Positions 48,847-61,435 of a stretch of 64,000 nt of DNA are shown here, in pieces. The position numbers and the translations under genes are program-made. The number at the start of each line of letters is the position of its first letter. Position 1 is the stretch's first letter. The notes beneath the pieces are model-generated. The model was not told where the DNA came from and searched no databases. It saw only the letters and a program-made list of their open reading frames with translations. This stretch comes from Laetmonice hystrix (Eukaryota), in assembly GCA_965235115.1 (NCBI GenBank), contig OZ249437.1, positions 22,010,001-22,074,000 on the forward strand. Direction: 5' to 3'.

Positions 48847-51076
48847 CGGTGGCCGAAAAGTACAATTGCCCGCGCAGCGGCTGCATCAGCGCGGGAATTT
48901 AAGTTCAATTAACTTGCGCGCGCTGCATGATTGTGCTCCTGCGCGGAAATAAAGCAAGCCGTGCCGTGGATCTCTGACAGATATTATAATGAGCCTATGT
49001 ATATACGGGCATTTGAAGGGAACAAGTTTTGTTTCTTTGGTTTGGTACTTTGGTTTCTGCATATCAGTATATGACACTGATCCGTCACCGCCATCATCTG
49101 GTAAATGGACGCGTGTACTTGCATTCACGACTCATATAGCTTATGATACGGAAATAAATATTTAAATGATCACTCAGATAAAGGCCTAATTAACTTCAAT
49201 AGGCACCAGAGGGTTATAAGCATTTAGTCTAGACATAGATATATAGGCGCTTGGCCCCATTATAGATACAGAAACAATGGATCAATGGCAATGGATCCCT
49301 TTAAGCCGAGTGGTGGAAACAAGAAAGTAGGAATAACATTGTCCATTTTCTGAGAGTTGGCACTTTGACTGGAAATAGGCCTAGGGTCAGAAGGAGTAGG
49401 CCTAGGTCTATAGTATAGGCCTATCATGAGGGGGGCAAGGGTGTGCCCGGATGTCTTTTCTGGGTTGGTGCCGCAGAAGTGACATCTTGCCGCGCTAACC
49501 CGGCCGCGCGCACGGTTATTTAGAAAACTGTGGCTTGAGACCTTTTATTTGCCAACTACCCGTATGTAAACTCATTTTAATATCGGTCAAACATCCGCAG
49601 CATGTTTTTCATTAATTTCCGTGCTGGAGCAGGTAGATCAGCACCGCTAGTTTGGTTGTTTATTTCCGTGCTGGAGCAGGTAGATCAGCACCACTATAGT
49701 TTGGTTGTTTATTTCCGTGCTGGAGCAGGTATAGATCAGCGCCGCTAGTTTGGTTGTTTATTTCCGTGCTGGAGCAGGTAGATCAGTACCGCTAGTTTGG
49801 TTGTTTATTTCCGTGCTGGAGCAGGTAGATCAGTACCGCTAGTTTGGTTGTTTATTTCCGTGCTGGAGCAGGTAGATCAGTACCGCTAGTTTGGTTGTTT
49901 ATTTCCGTGCTGGAGCAGGTAGATCAGTACCGCTAGTTTGGTTGTTTATTTCCGTGCTGGAGCAGGTAGATCAGTACCGCTAGTTTGGTTGTTTATTTCC
50001 GTGCTGGAGCAGGTAGATCAGCGCCGCTAGTTTGGTTGTTTATTTCCGTCCTGGAGCAGGTAGATCAGCGCCGCTAGTTTGGTTGTTTATTTCCGTCCTG
50101 GAGCAGGTAGATCAGCGCCGCTAGTTTGGTTGTTTATTTCCGTGCTGGAGCAGGTAGATAAGCACCGCTAGTTTGGTTGTTTATTTCCGTGCTGGAGCAG
50201 GTAGATCAGTACCGCTAGTTTGGTTGTTTATTTCCGTGCTGGAGCAGGTAGATCAGTACCGCTAGTTTGGTTGTTTATTTCCGTGCTGGAGCAGATCAGT
50301 ACCGCTAGTTTGGTTGTTTATTTCCGTGCTGGAGCAGGTAGATCAGCGCCGCTAGTTTGGTTGTTTATTTCCGTCCTGGAGCAGGTAGATCAGCGCCGCT
50401 AGTTTGGTTGTTTATTTCCGTCCTGGAGCAGGTAGATCAGCGCCGCTAGTTTGGTTGTTTATTTCCGTGCTGGAGCAGGTAGATAAGCACCGCTAGTTTG
50501 GTTGTTTATTTCCGTGCTGGAGCAGGTAGATCAGTACCGCTAGTTTGGTTGTTTATTTCCGTGCTGGAGCAGGTAGATCAGTACCGCTAGTTTGGTTGTT
50601 TATTTCCGTGCTGGAGCAGGTAGATCAGTACCGCTAGTTTGGTTGTTTATTTCCGTCCTGGAGCAGGTAGATCAGCGCCGCTAGTTTGGTTGTTTATTTC
50701 CGTCCTGGAGCAGGTAGATCAGCGCCGCTAGTTTGGTTGTTTATTTCCGTGCTGGAGCAGGTAGATAAGCACCGCTAGTTTGGTTGTTTATTTCCGTGCT
50801 GGAGCAGGTAGATCAGTACCGCTAGTTTGGTTGTTTATTTCCGTGCTGGAGCAGGTAGATCAGTACCGCTAGTTTGGTTGTTTATTTCCGTGCTGGAGCA
50901 GGTAGATCAGTACCGCTAGTTTGGTTGTTTATTTCCGTCCTGGAGCAGGTAGATCAGCGCCGCTAGTTTGGTTGTTTATTTCCGCGCTGGACCAGGTAGA
51001 TCAGCACCGCTGGTTTGGTTGTTTATTTCCGCGCTGACGCAGCCGCTGTGCGCGCAATTGTACTTTTCGGCTACCG
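48847..51076. mobile_element. TA-flanked TIR element containing an internal 47-bp satellite
   Basis: About 55-bp imperfect TIRs CGGT(G/A)GCCGAAAAGTACAATTGC...CAGCGGCTGC.TCAGCGCGG; TA at both ends. Confidence 0.7.
49615..51036. repeat. Minisatellite, 47-bp unit, about 30 copies
   Basis: TTTATTTCCGTGCTGGAGCAGGTAGATCAGTACCGCTAGTTTGGTTG. Confidence 0.97.
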
Positions 51077-51732
51077 TAGCCTAATACGAACTAACCCTAA
51101 CCTTGCCTTAACCCTAACCAAGGGGCGTACATCGTGGAGGGAGAGGGTTTTTTTACTTCAATCCCGCAGCCTCTAAATATTGCCTATTGCTATATGTCGT
51201 TTAGGGGGAGAAAATTCGCGACCGGGCGGGCCAGTTGACCAAGACCCCGGCGGGATTGTACAAAAAGTAGGCCTAATGTCTGTTAAAACGCAGACACGTC
51301 AGGACACGTATTTGCAAGAGTATTTCTGCCGTGGTTTATGACGAACAATATACAGAGTATACATTGTAATCTCATCTAGTCATTATGTACCCGCTTCTTG
51401 TTCGTCGTATATCGCGATAGTGAATCTATACGACAGTCATTGCAGGTCAAAGTGTTACCTAATTGACACATCCAGACACAAATAGATATAGCGGTAGAAA
51501 TAGCTGTACCCTACATGTATTTGAGTCTACAGAAAGGAAGGTGGAAATGGCGTATTAATTAATCCGAAATACAGTTCTGCCCATGACACCTTTATACTTC
51601 AGTGTTGACTTGCATTTCTTTGCGACAAACAGGCCATAACGATATAGGCATGCATGCAACTACACATAGCCTACTTGGTTTTTGAGGGGAGACCCTATAA
51701 TATGCCTATCAATGACTGCATTTTTCTTCGTC

Positions 51733-51887
51733 CATGTTCGAAAGGTTTGTCAGTCAGTTCCTTACCGAAGGTCGGTGGTTTCCCCCGGGTCCTCCGGTTT
51801 CCTCCACCAAGAAAAACTGAGTTTCATCATCATCTTTACCGCCGTGATATGACCCTGGCTGTTGCAAGGCGTAAAACCCCAAATACC
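51733..51887 (+). mobile_element. 5'-truncated copy of the same SINE
   Basis: Highly similar to the 3' part (about 8080-8235) of the first copy, ending CAAGGCGTAAAACCCCAAATACC. Confidence 0.75.
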
Positions 51888-51961
51888 TGGAGACCTGCTA
51901 GTGACATTTGAATGTAGGCCTGTATTGGTGACCTTTAGTTATCCGCAGCGTCCTTTCTGCT

Positions 51962-52690
51962 GTCAGCATCAGTGTGGTTCATGGATGTCTAATCGACCTG
52001 TCTCAAATACTGTTCATACAGCATCAGTGTGGTTCATGGATGTCTAATCGACCTGTCTCAAATACTGTTTATACAGCATCAGTGTGGTTCATGGATGTCT
52101 AATCGACCTGTCTCAAATACTGTTCATACAGCATCAGTGTGGTTCATGGATGTCTAATCGACCTGTCTCAAATACTGTTCATACAGCATCAGTATGGTTC
52201 ATGGATGTATAATCGACCTGTCTCAAATACTGTTCATACAGCATCAGTGTGGTTCATGGATGTCTAATCGACCTGTCTCAAATACTGTTCATACAACATC
52301 AGTGTGGTTCATGGAGGTCTAATCGACCTGTCTCAAATACTGCTCGTACAGCATCAGTGGTTCATGGATGTCTAATCGACCTGTCTCAAATACTGTTCAG
52401 TTGAAGTTCATATATAGCATCAGTGTGGTTCATGGATGTCTAATCGACCTGTCTCAAATACTCTTCATACAGCATCAGTGGTTCATGGATGTCTAATCGA
52501 CCTGTCTCAAATACTGTTCAGTTGAAGTTCATATATAGCATCAGTGTGGTTCATGGATGTCTAATCGACCTGTCTCAAATACTGTTCATACAACATCAGT
52601 GTGGTTCATGGATGTCTAATCGACCTGTCTCAAATACTGTTCATACAACATCAGTGTGGTTCATGGATGTCTAATCGACCGGTCTCAAAC
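51962..52690. repeat. Minisatellite, 55-bp unit, about 13 copies
   Basis: CAGCATCAGTGTGGTTCATGGATGTCTAATCGACCTGTCTCAAATACTGTTCATA. Confidence 0.95.
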
Positions 52691-53676
52691 TGTTAAGTTG
52701 AATACAGGACCCTGCCTCATGAGGACGTCACGGAATTCCCAAATATTGTGAGAAATAATTCATTTTCAAATCGTGGGAGTTAACAACTTACCTAAAATAG
52801 ACATTATTATGAAGAGAGGACAATAAATCACGACTCTGACGCTCAGTCAAAATGATTGGGACCGACTATTTCCCACTTGAAGACGATCGGCAGACTGACA
52901 TTTTCAATGTGTTCTTTCACTTTGGTTTTCGGGTAAGTATTATGTCGTATACACCCACACTTTACTGAGCTCGCCCTTGAACTTCCTTCGATAACCTCCT
53001 AAAATGAATTGCGAGAAACAAGCATCAATCCGAATGCACCATCCATTCAATAAAACACAATGACGTTGCACTTATCGAGAGTCGGTGTCGCCGCCGAGAG
53101 GTTGACCCTGAGAATCAAGGAGATAGTTGAATACGAATGACATGTTCTCCCAGGGAGAAGAATCCTCAGTTGTGTGAATGATAAACATCGATTTTTTCCT
53201 TTGATACAACTGACCTATTGATAGCACCACAGGTAGCTGTCATGATTTATTGTATCAGAGATACATACATTACATTATAAACAGTGCCTCTTATGCACAA
53301 GTGTGATAAATGGGGCACTCAAAAAGGGAGATTCCGTCTTGAGTCACAAAAAGATATTAGGTGATTTTGCGCATTTCAGGATTGGATTGTTGTTAATAGA
53401 TGATAAAAATGTAAATGAAAGAATAAATCTGTTGTTAACAGAAGGCCAATATATTGTTTTATTCAAAGACGGCAGAAAAAATAATTGCTTGCGAGAATAA
53501 ATAACAACAAAAATCTCTTTGCCTGCTGTATTCTGAAAATGTAAACTTGCTCGGTGGATTTGCGCAGTACGCTATTTCCGGCGTAAACGCTGTATTTCTT
53601 CGGCTACGGATGTCCATACAAGGAAATTGTCAATCATGGTCATAGTGGACACAATGTTTTCGCCGGTGTCCAGTGT

Positions 53677-54085
53677 CCTGTTTATGACAGGGTTCCACTG
53701 ATGAGGGTCGGATCCAGTGTCCTGAATACGAGAAGGTTCCACTGATGAGGGTCAGGTCCAGTGTCCTGTATATATGACAGGGTTCCACTGTTGAGGGTCA
53801 GGTCCAGTGTCCTGTATATAGGCCTATGAGAGGGTTCCACTGATGAGGGTCAGGTCCAGTGTCCTGTATATGCCTATGAGAGGGTTTTACTGATGAGGGT
53901 CAGGTCCAGCTAGTGACCTGTATATGAGAGGGTTCCACTGTCCTGTATATTAGAGGGTTCCCCTGTCCTGTATATTGGAGGGTTCCACTGTCCTGTATAT
54001 TAGAGGGTTCGACTGTCCTGCTATTAGAGGGTTCCACTGTCCTGTATATTAGAGGGTTCCACTGTCCTGTATATTATAGGGTTCC
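53677..54085. repeat. Degenerate tandem array built on a GGGTTCCACTG (MITE-end-like) motif
   Basis: Unit shrinks from about 50 bp to about 25 bp along the array; each copy retains GGGTTCCACTG and GTCCTGTATA. Confidence 0.75.
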
Positions 54086-54695
54086 TATATATAAGAGGAC
54101 TGCACTGACCGTTCTGCTTGGCCGCCTATAAAGGCCAGTTGAGATTGGGCCTCATATTGTCATACCAGAGGAACATTGACCCAATATTATACTTGTCGGT
54201 TCATGCATGCTTCCAGCGTCTCTGGGACACATTCATTATTTCCTGTCATCCCCTCCCTGCCCAGAGACAGTTACAAGCGGGCACCACAGCGCACGCGACC
54301 GGCGGCAGGTCTATGGTATCATGCTCTATTGAAGGCAGTGGAAGGGTTAGCTGTCGACAGTCTTGGAGAACGCAGAGTCACTGCAGAGGGATTAGTCGTA
54401 TATCTGAGCCGTCACTCAACTCACCTCCCGGCAATCTGGTTTATCTGCTCGCCCCTTGAGGTTGGACCGTATAAATACAGCGGATCCAGTGGTGGGGAGG
54501 TGGACACACGAACGGCTTCTGACCCTGGAGTGCCGTCAACCCTGGGGGTAGTACACGGATCAGTGTGAAGCAGGACCAGGTGAAGCAGAGAGTATTATTG
54601 ACTCGTGGCCATCGCGTCCTTAAGCCTCACAATGTCGGTGAGTATATACACCCTGCCTCAAAGTATTCTATCCATACGTAATCTCTCTCGCCGAA

Positions 54696-55412
54696 TCACA
54701 GATGATCGCCGTGATCTAGGGGTGTGGGTCGATCACATAATGTAATCGCTGTGATCTAGGGGTGTGGGTCGATCACACAATGTGATCGCTGTGATCTAGG
54801 GGTGTGGGTCGATCACAGATGATCTAGGGGTGTGGGTCGATCACAGATGATCTAGGGGTGTGGGTCGATCACAGATGATCGCTGTGATCTAGGGGTGTGG
54901 GTCGATCACAGATGATCGCTGTGATCTAGGAGTGTGGGTTGATCACAGATGATTGCTGTGATCTAGGGGTGTGGGTCGATCACAGATGATCGCTGTGATC
55001 TAGGGGTGTGGGTCGATCACAGATGATCGCTGTGATCTAGGGGCGTGGGTCGATCACAGATGATCGCCGTGATCTAGGGGTGTGGGTTGATGACAGATGA
55101 TCGCTGTGATCTAGGGGTGTGGGTCGATCACAGATGTGATCTAGGAGTGTGGGTCGATCACAGATGATCGCCGTGATCTAGGGGTGTGGGTTGATGACAG
55201 ATGATCGCTGTGATCTAGGGGTGTGGGTCGATCACAGATGTGATCTAGGAGTGTGGGTCGATCACAGATGATCGCTGTGATCTAGGGGTGTGGGTCGATC
55301 ACAGATGATCGCTGTGATCTAGGGGTGTGGGTCGATCACAGATGATCGCTGTGATCTAGGGGTGTGGGTCGATCACATAATGTAATTGCTGTGATCTAGG
55401 GGTGTGGGTCGA
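54696..55412. repeat. Minisatellite, 37-bp unit with an internal palindrome, about 19 copies
   Basis: GATCACAGATGATCGCTGTGATCTAGGGGTGTGGGTC. Confidence 0.95.
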
Positions 55413-56547
55413 TGGCATGGAGATCAAGCACGGGCACAGGCCTAGACCTACAGCGGCGCACATCAAGAGCCCAATGACCTATGTGCAATCATGACGTACC
55501 ATATAGACCAGTTTATTGTGTCAACCATTTTTTTTATTTTTTTTATTTTTTATCTCGTTGCAATAACGATCTTTCGATATATCCAGTATTTCGGTCGACG
55601 AAAAACAATGATGGTGATACAGGTCCCAGCGGCAGTACAATAAGAGGTAGCAAACATTATGACACTTGCATAGTTTATACAAATATTCTAGGTTGGTCCA
55701 GTTTGGTGAGCCAGCAGATCACAAATATACCTACAGCTGAGGTCGACATTGGTAACAAATGTGTAAGATGAGCGCCGTGATAATGATGATGAGGTGAGGG
55801 GTACATCTGGCATATAAAACAAGCGTTTTCTTTACAAATGCTGTATGTAGTTGCTGCCGTAGTAACACTATATTACATACAACAAATTTAACTGGGATCT
55901 GCTATATATAGGTCTCAGCTAATGATCTTTTTGAAGTCTGCAAGAGTGTTGAGGAATTGAGTATAGGGCGGTAAGTAATTGTTCCATAGAACGGTTCCTC
56001 GATGTAGGGAGCTACGCTTGTAGAACTCGTCTTTAGGTTTCCGTGGTTCCGAGACTACCTCTGGTGCGCTGGATTCTGTTAACTTTTACATTTGTTTGCT
56101 AAACAGAAAACATTTTACTGTTTTTTACGATCCCTCCTGACCTGTTTTGCGATGCTTGCATTAGAGGCAAGAAAAGAACAACTTGGCTCGGTCACGTTGT
56201 GTGAGTATTGTAAACGGTGCCGGGAAAGTACGCGTATTTCCAAATTTGTGCAAAATTTCAATTTCACTATAGGCTATTTGGATCGGAAACGGGGCCAGTC
56301 CAATGTTTCGCGAAAGTAGGACGTGTACGCGAAAGGTCAAAATGAGAATTTCGCGATTCTCATGCAGTATGTGAGGGAGTGTCCCGATGTTCTTCAGTCG
56401 CATCTTTCAGGTTGAATGCAAACACGGTGGTACTTGCACCTATACCACGAATAACCACATCCCCGATTCGTTCCGCTTCCTCGCCTTTCAAGTTTAGTGT
56501 GATTGTAGGATGTTGGGAGGAGTGGTGTTCGACTCATCTGGGGACCA

Positions 56548-57790
56548 CTTCCTACACACAGCTACTACTCAGTATTGGGACCTCCTACACACAACCACTT
56601 AGTATTGGGACCTCCTATACACACAGCCACTTAGTATTGGGACCTCCTATACACACAGCCACTCAGTATTGGGACCTCCTACACACAGCCACTCAGTATT
56701 GGGACCTCCTACACACAACCACTTAGTATTGGGACCTCCTACACACAACCACTTAGTATTGGGACCTCCTACACACAACCACTTAGTATTGGGACCTCCT
56801 ACACACAACCACTTAGTATTGGGACCTCCTATATACACAGCCACTAAGTATTGGGACCTCCTATACACACAGCCACTCAGTATTGGGACCTCCTACAAAC
56901 AGCCACTCAGTATTGGGACCTCCTACACACAGCCACTCAGTATTGGAACCTCCTACATACAGCCACTCAGTATTGGAACCTCCTACATACAGCCACTCAG
57001 TATTGGAACCTCCTACATACAGCCACTCAGTATTGGAACCTCCTACATACAGCCACTCAGTATTGGGACCTCCTACACACAGCCACTCAGTATTGGAACC
57101 TCCTACATACAGCCACTCAGTATTGGAACCTCCTACATACAGCCACTCAGTATTGGGACCTCCTATACACACAGCTACTCAGTATTGGGACCTCCTACAC
57201 ACAACCACTTAGTATTGGGACCTCCTACACACAACCACTTAGTATTGGGACCTCCTACACACAACCACTTAGTATTGGGACCTCCTACACACACAGCCAC
57301 TAAGTATTGGGACCTCCTATACACACAGCCACTCAGTATTGGGACCTCCTACACAGTGGGCATGGATGTCGACACCTTATGCTATGCGAATGGGTGCAGT
57401 AATCTTAGGGCCTGGGTTCGATTCCTGTAGAGGACTATACAACTTTTCTTTTTAGGGACATTGTCAAAGTAATTGGGTTACCCCTGATGCCCGTGCATTT
57501 CAAAGGAAAATACAGCCACTCAGTATTGGAACCTCCTACATACAGCCACTCAGTATTGGAACCGCCTACAAACAGCCACTTAGTATTGGGACTTCCTACA
57601 AACAGCCACTCAGTATTGGGACTTCCTACAAACAGCCACTCAGTATTGGAACCTCCTACACACAACCACTTAGTATTGGGACCTCCTATACACACAGCTA
57701 CTCAGTATTGGGACCTCCTACACACAACCACTTAGTATTGGGACCTCCTATACACACAGCCACTCAGTTTTGGAACCTCCTACAAACAAC
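56548..57790. repeat. Minisatellite, 30/32-bp unit, in two blocks split by about 150 bp of unique sequence (about 57357-57510)
   Basis: GGGACCTCCTACACACAGCCACTCAGTATT. Confidence 0.95.
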
Positions 57791-58092
57791 CGACTTATTT
57801 AGAAGTCCTAAAACATCAGCTCATGATTCCGGTTCAAAATATGTTTCATATTCTTTTTTTTATTAAATACGTCATATTCTATGTCCCGTTATCATATCCC
57901 TTAACCCATTGTACATGTCATTGTACACATGTATTCAATTATTCTTGTAATTATAGCCCATCTATCCGCAATTATAACCATATACGCAATTATAACCCAT
58001 TATTCCCGCAATTTTAACCCATATCACTCCCGTAATTATAACTCATCAGTAGGCCTAACGTTATTATGAACAATCATGTTGTCTTTTTCTAG

Positions 58093-58149
58093 AATACAAG
58101 TATGGTTCGCTTGCCTGACAGCTTGAAAGAGGACGAGTTCGAGGAGTTC
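58093..58149 (+). CDS. Candidate internal exon of an unidentified gene (NTSMVRLPDSLKEDEFEEF)
   Basis: gtctttttctag| acceptor and |gtaagt donor; 57 nt with only one open frame. No homologue recognised and no downstream exon found. Confidence 0.35.
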
Positions 58150-58299
58150 GTAAGTACATCAGTCATTTACATAAATACAACCGGAATACGACTGAATGCC
58201 CCCCCACACACACACACACACATTACCTTACCGTGACCACGAAGCTTGATCTGATGGAGACCGAAACAGTCACCAGGGCCGTCAATGTGTTAGATGGGA

Positions 58300-58557
58300 G
58301 ACTGCATGGACCAGATGGTAGACTGCCTGGACAGATGCTAGACTGCATGGACCAGATGGTAGACTGCATGGACCAGATGGTAGACTGCATGGACCAGATG
58401 GTAGACTGCATGGACCAGATGGTAGACTGCATGGACCAGATGGTAGACTGCATGGACCAGATGGTAGACTGCATGGACCAGATGGTAGACTGCATGGACC
58501 AGATGGTAGACTACATGGACCAGATGGTAGACTGCATGGACCAGATGATAGACTGCA
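58300..58557. repeat. Minisatellite, 21-bp unit, about 12 copies
   Basis: GACTGCATGGACCAGATGGTA; gives the (DCMDQMV)n ORF. Confidence 0.93.
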
Positions 58558-60879
58558 CCGACGCTGCTTCTGATTGGCTGTTTCTAGGTCATATCCGGAG
58601 GCGAACCAGGCCTCGGATGTATGAAGCGGCCATTTCCCCAGGATTTGCGCAAAGTCGCGTAAAGCGGCATCGCGGATGTAGAGTTGAGCAGTAAATAGTC
58701 GAATTTCCCCCTACGCACAGGCACGTAGTTCAAATGTAATTTCTCAACATACCTATGCTCGAATTTTCTACCGTAGAGGCAAAGCAGTCTCTTCTTCACC
58801 TGCGAGCAAACCAGATATTCTAACTCTGTAAAGTCCGACACAAGCTAATTAAAGGAAATATGTCACGGGGGGTATCGACTGAAATCTTCAGTTTTCTGCT
58901 TACCTGCTCACCATATTGATTCTGTTAACACATGCTACGAGTAGACAGCTGTGAAGTTCTCCCTAATGTAGAAAAATGAATAAAACTAGCTGCAGCGTCC
59001 GCAAAGTGCGATGAATCTGCCATCTAAGTCAATAACAAATAAATAAATAAACAAATAAATAAATAATAAGTAAATAACAAATCTATAAAATGATAGTGGG
59101 ACTATAATGACCCATCCGCCGATCGTGTGAAAAGGATGCAAAACACAGCCGGCTGCAAATCCCGGGGTCTCGGAATAAAGTGTCATTTTCAGTGACCGCA
59201 TTAAGAATTGGCGAATTTTTTTTACAAAATACCGACCAAAGCTAGGGGACCAATGGGGCATATCGGAGAACCGCAACGCAGACATATTTTTGCTGAAATA
59301 CGACGTATTTGAAACGACCTACCCAATTTATGATGGGTAGGTGGCATGTCCATGCTGACTGTCATCATATTATATACATAGTGTGAACTGGGCCTCGACA
59401 CCTGCTGTGCGCTGCGCGTCCCTTATCATTATGGGTAGGTCATGGGTCCATGCTATACATGGTGTGAACTGGTCCCCGACACCTGCTGTGCGCGTCCCCT
59501 ATCATTACGGGTAGGTCACGGGTCCACGCTGACTGTATTGGCCATGACGATGGCTGACCGTGAAGATGCCGAGGAGCCTGAGCGGAGATTGCTCCGTGAC
59601 CTTGCGGTAGGTGTGTGGATGGTTCAGTGCGCCCTCTCACGGCTACTGTGGCTACATACAGGTGTAGGGGGGGGGGGGGGGGGTGAGCCTGGCCGTCCGG
59701 GTTCTGCGGCCGTCAGGTCTGAGAGGTGAGAGTTGTCTGTCTGTCTCTCGGTGAAACCGGACCAACAGTCGGCTGACATACTCCGGCTGGACCTAGTCCT
59801 GCCGTTCAGTGGGCCACGCGGAAACTTGCCGGCCCGAGTTATACCAGGACACTTTTACAACAGTTGACCAAACTCTTAAACTCATATTAAACTTCCAAAC
59901 GGATCACGGCAGTTCTTTCAGTATATACTCTACGGTCATAATAGTTTTTCTTTTAAACAAAAACTGCCACCAACTATACATCAATGATTTGTAATAATAT
60001 TTAAATATTTAAATATTTCTCACTGGTGTACACTGTAACCTTTAACCGTCCTGCACCTCGTACCATCGCGCAGTGAGCCGAGTGAAGGTCACAGCTGACC
60101 ATGTATAATTAATTTGACCTTCATACAGATAATTGCAGTCCAGTCGGTCGGCTGTCTATGGCTATATAGGCGGGGTTCACACTGGTCGTCCCGACACAAC
60201 TTGTATCGACAGATCTGATAAGATCAGAGACTTGCACTCGTTCATATTGAGCGAATCATTCCCGCACTAAAGTCCATATCCACCAGAGCGTGTCGAGCAG
60301 CGAATCACTCCAGAACAGCCACTAGGTGGTGTCGCAGAGGGTCAAGCTGCCATTTTAACCAAAAAATGGGTAAAGTCAGCTTACCAGTAGACCTCATCAA
60401 GTAGTGAGACCTGGCCAAAGGTTTGGTACCGAGAAACGCGTATTTTTGTCATAGTGTGGACAGATTTTCAGGGCGGCATCAATGCACCAGCGCCCCCTGG
60501 TGCATTATGGTGCACTATGTCGGCAAGTGAGCGTTCAGATTGAAGTTACCCGGCGTACGTGGTGTAGACCTTCCGACATTGCTATGCCCCCAATTTACCC
60601 GATGTAACTCGGGGGCTAACGCGACGCAAAGTTATGTCGGATGATTGCGTTCATATACAGGTGGCCACCCGAAACAGCGGGTAGGCGTCGGAACAAGCCT
60701 CCAATGTGAACGCGGGCTATGATAACTATATAGGCAACATTATCATTGTGTTTATATACACAATCATGATTACCAAAATACATTTCATTGGATAAAATAG
60801 AAGACAGGATATGGTTAGACATCTATGGTTGAAGTAACCATCCGTATTTTCTGTAACGATGGACTGATCAGAAAGAGGT

Positions 60880-61435
60880 CTCTCCCTGGCGGACTGGAAA
60901 CGTTTTGTAGCGCGACATTGAAGAATCGGGAGCGACCGTTTCGGAGCGCGAGATTTGGATCAGAAACATGGTGCTTCCGAAGTGTTCACTCAGAAACGGA
61001 CCTCAGACGGGACGGAAACGTTTTGTAGTGTGAGATTTTGGATCAGAAACCCCAAGTGTTCAGTCAGAAACGGACCTCAGACGGATTGGAAACGTTTTGT
61101 AGTATGAGATTTTGGATCAGAAACATTATCCCCCAAGTGTTCGCTCAGAAACGGGCCTCTGACGGATTGGAAACGTTTTGTAGTGTGAGATTTTTGGATC
61201 AGAAACATTATCCCCCAAGTGTTCACTCAGAAACGGGCCTCTGACGGATTGGAAACGTTTTGTAGTATGAGATTTTGGATCAGAAACATTATCCCTCAAG
61301 TGTTCACTCAGAAACGGGCCTCAGACGGATTGGAAACGTTTTGTAGTGTGAGATATTTTGATCAGAAACATTATCCCCCAAGTGTTCAGTCAGAAACGGG
61401 CCTCTGACGGATTGGAAACGTTTTGTAGTGTGAGA
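60880..61435 (-). repeat. About 81-82-bp tandem array of the calcium-sensor C-terminal codons, stop codon and proximal 3'UTR (7 copies)
   Basis: GAAACGTTTTGTAG recurs at about 60897, 61016, 61089, 61170, 61252, 61333 and 61415; the last copy is coding. Confidence 0.9.

Noticed and set aside
54696-55412. CRISPR-like array (37-bp palindromic repeats)
   Set aside because: No unique spacers, no cas genes, and an intron-containing animal context.
5553-55412. Four unrelated arrays share a 37-bp period (also two of 33 bp and two of 43 bp)
   Set aside because: The sequences are unrelated, and with about 30 arrays in a 19-82 bp range such coincidences are plausible. A genome-wide period histogram would be needed.
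57357-57430. Possible tRNA gene (GGGTTCGATTCC)
   Set aside because: Only a B-box; no A-box or cloverleaf could be built.
58233-58694. 153-aa ORF with (DCMDQMV)n
   Set aside because: GTG start, 21-bp repeat core, and flanks with no recognisable homology.
59330-59730. GC-rich exon-like segment with a degenerate duplication of about 90 bp
   Set aside because: Every frame is interrupted or lacks credible splice sites; no homology recognised.
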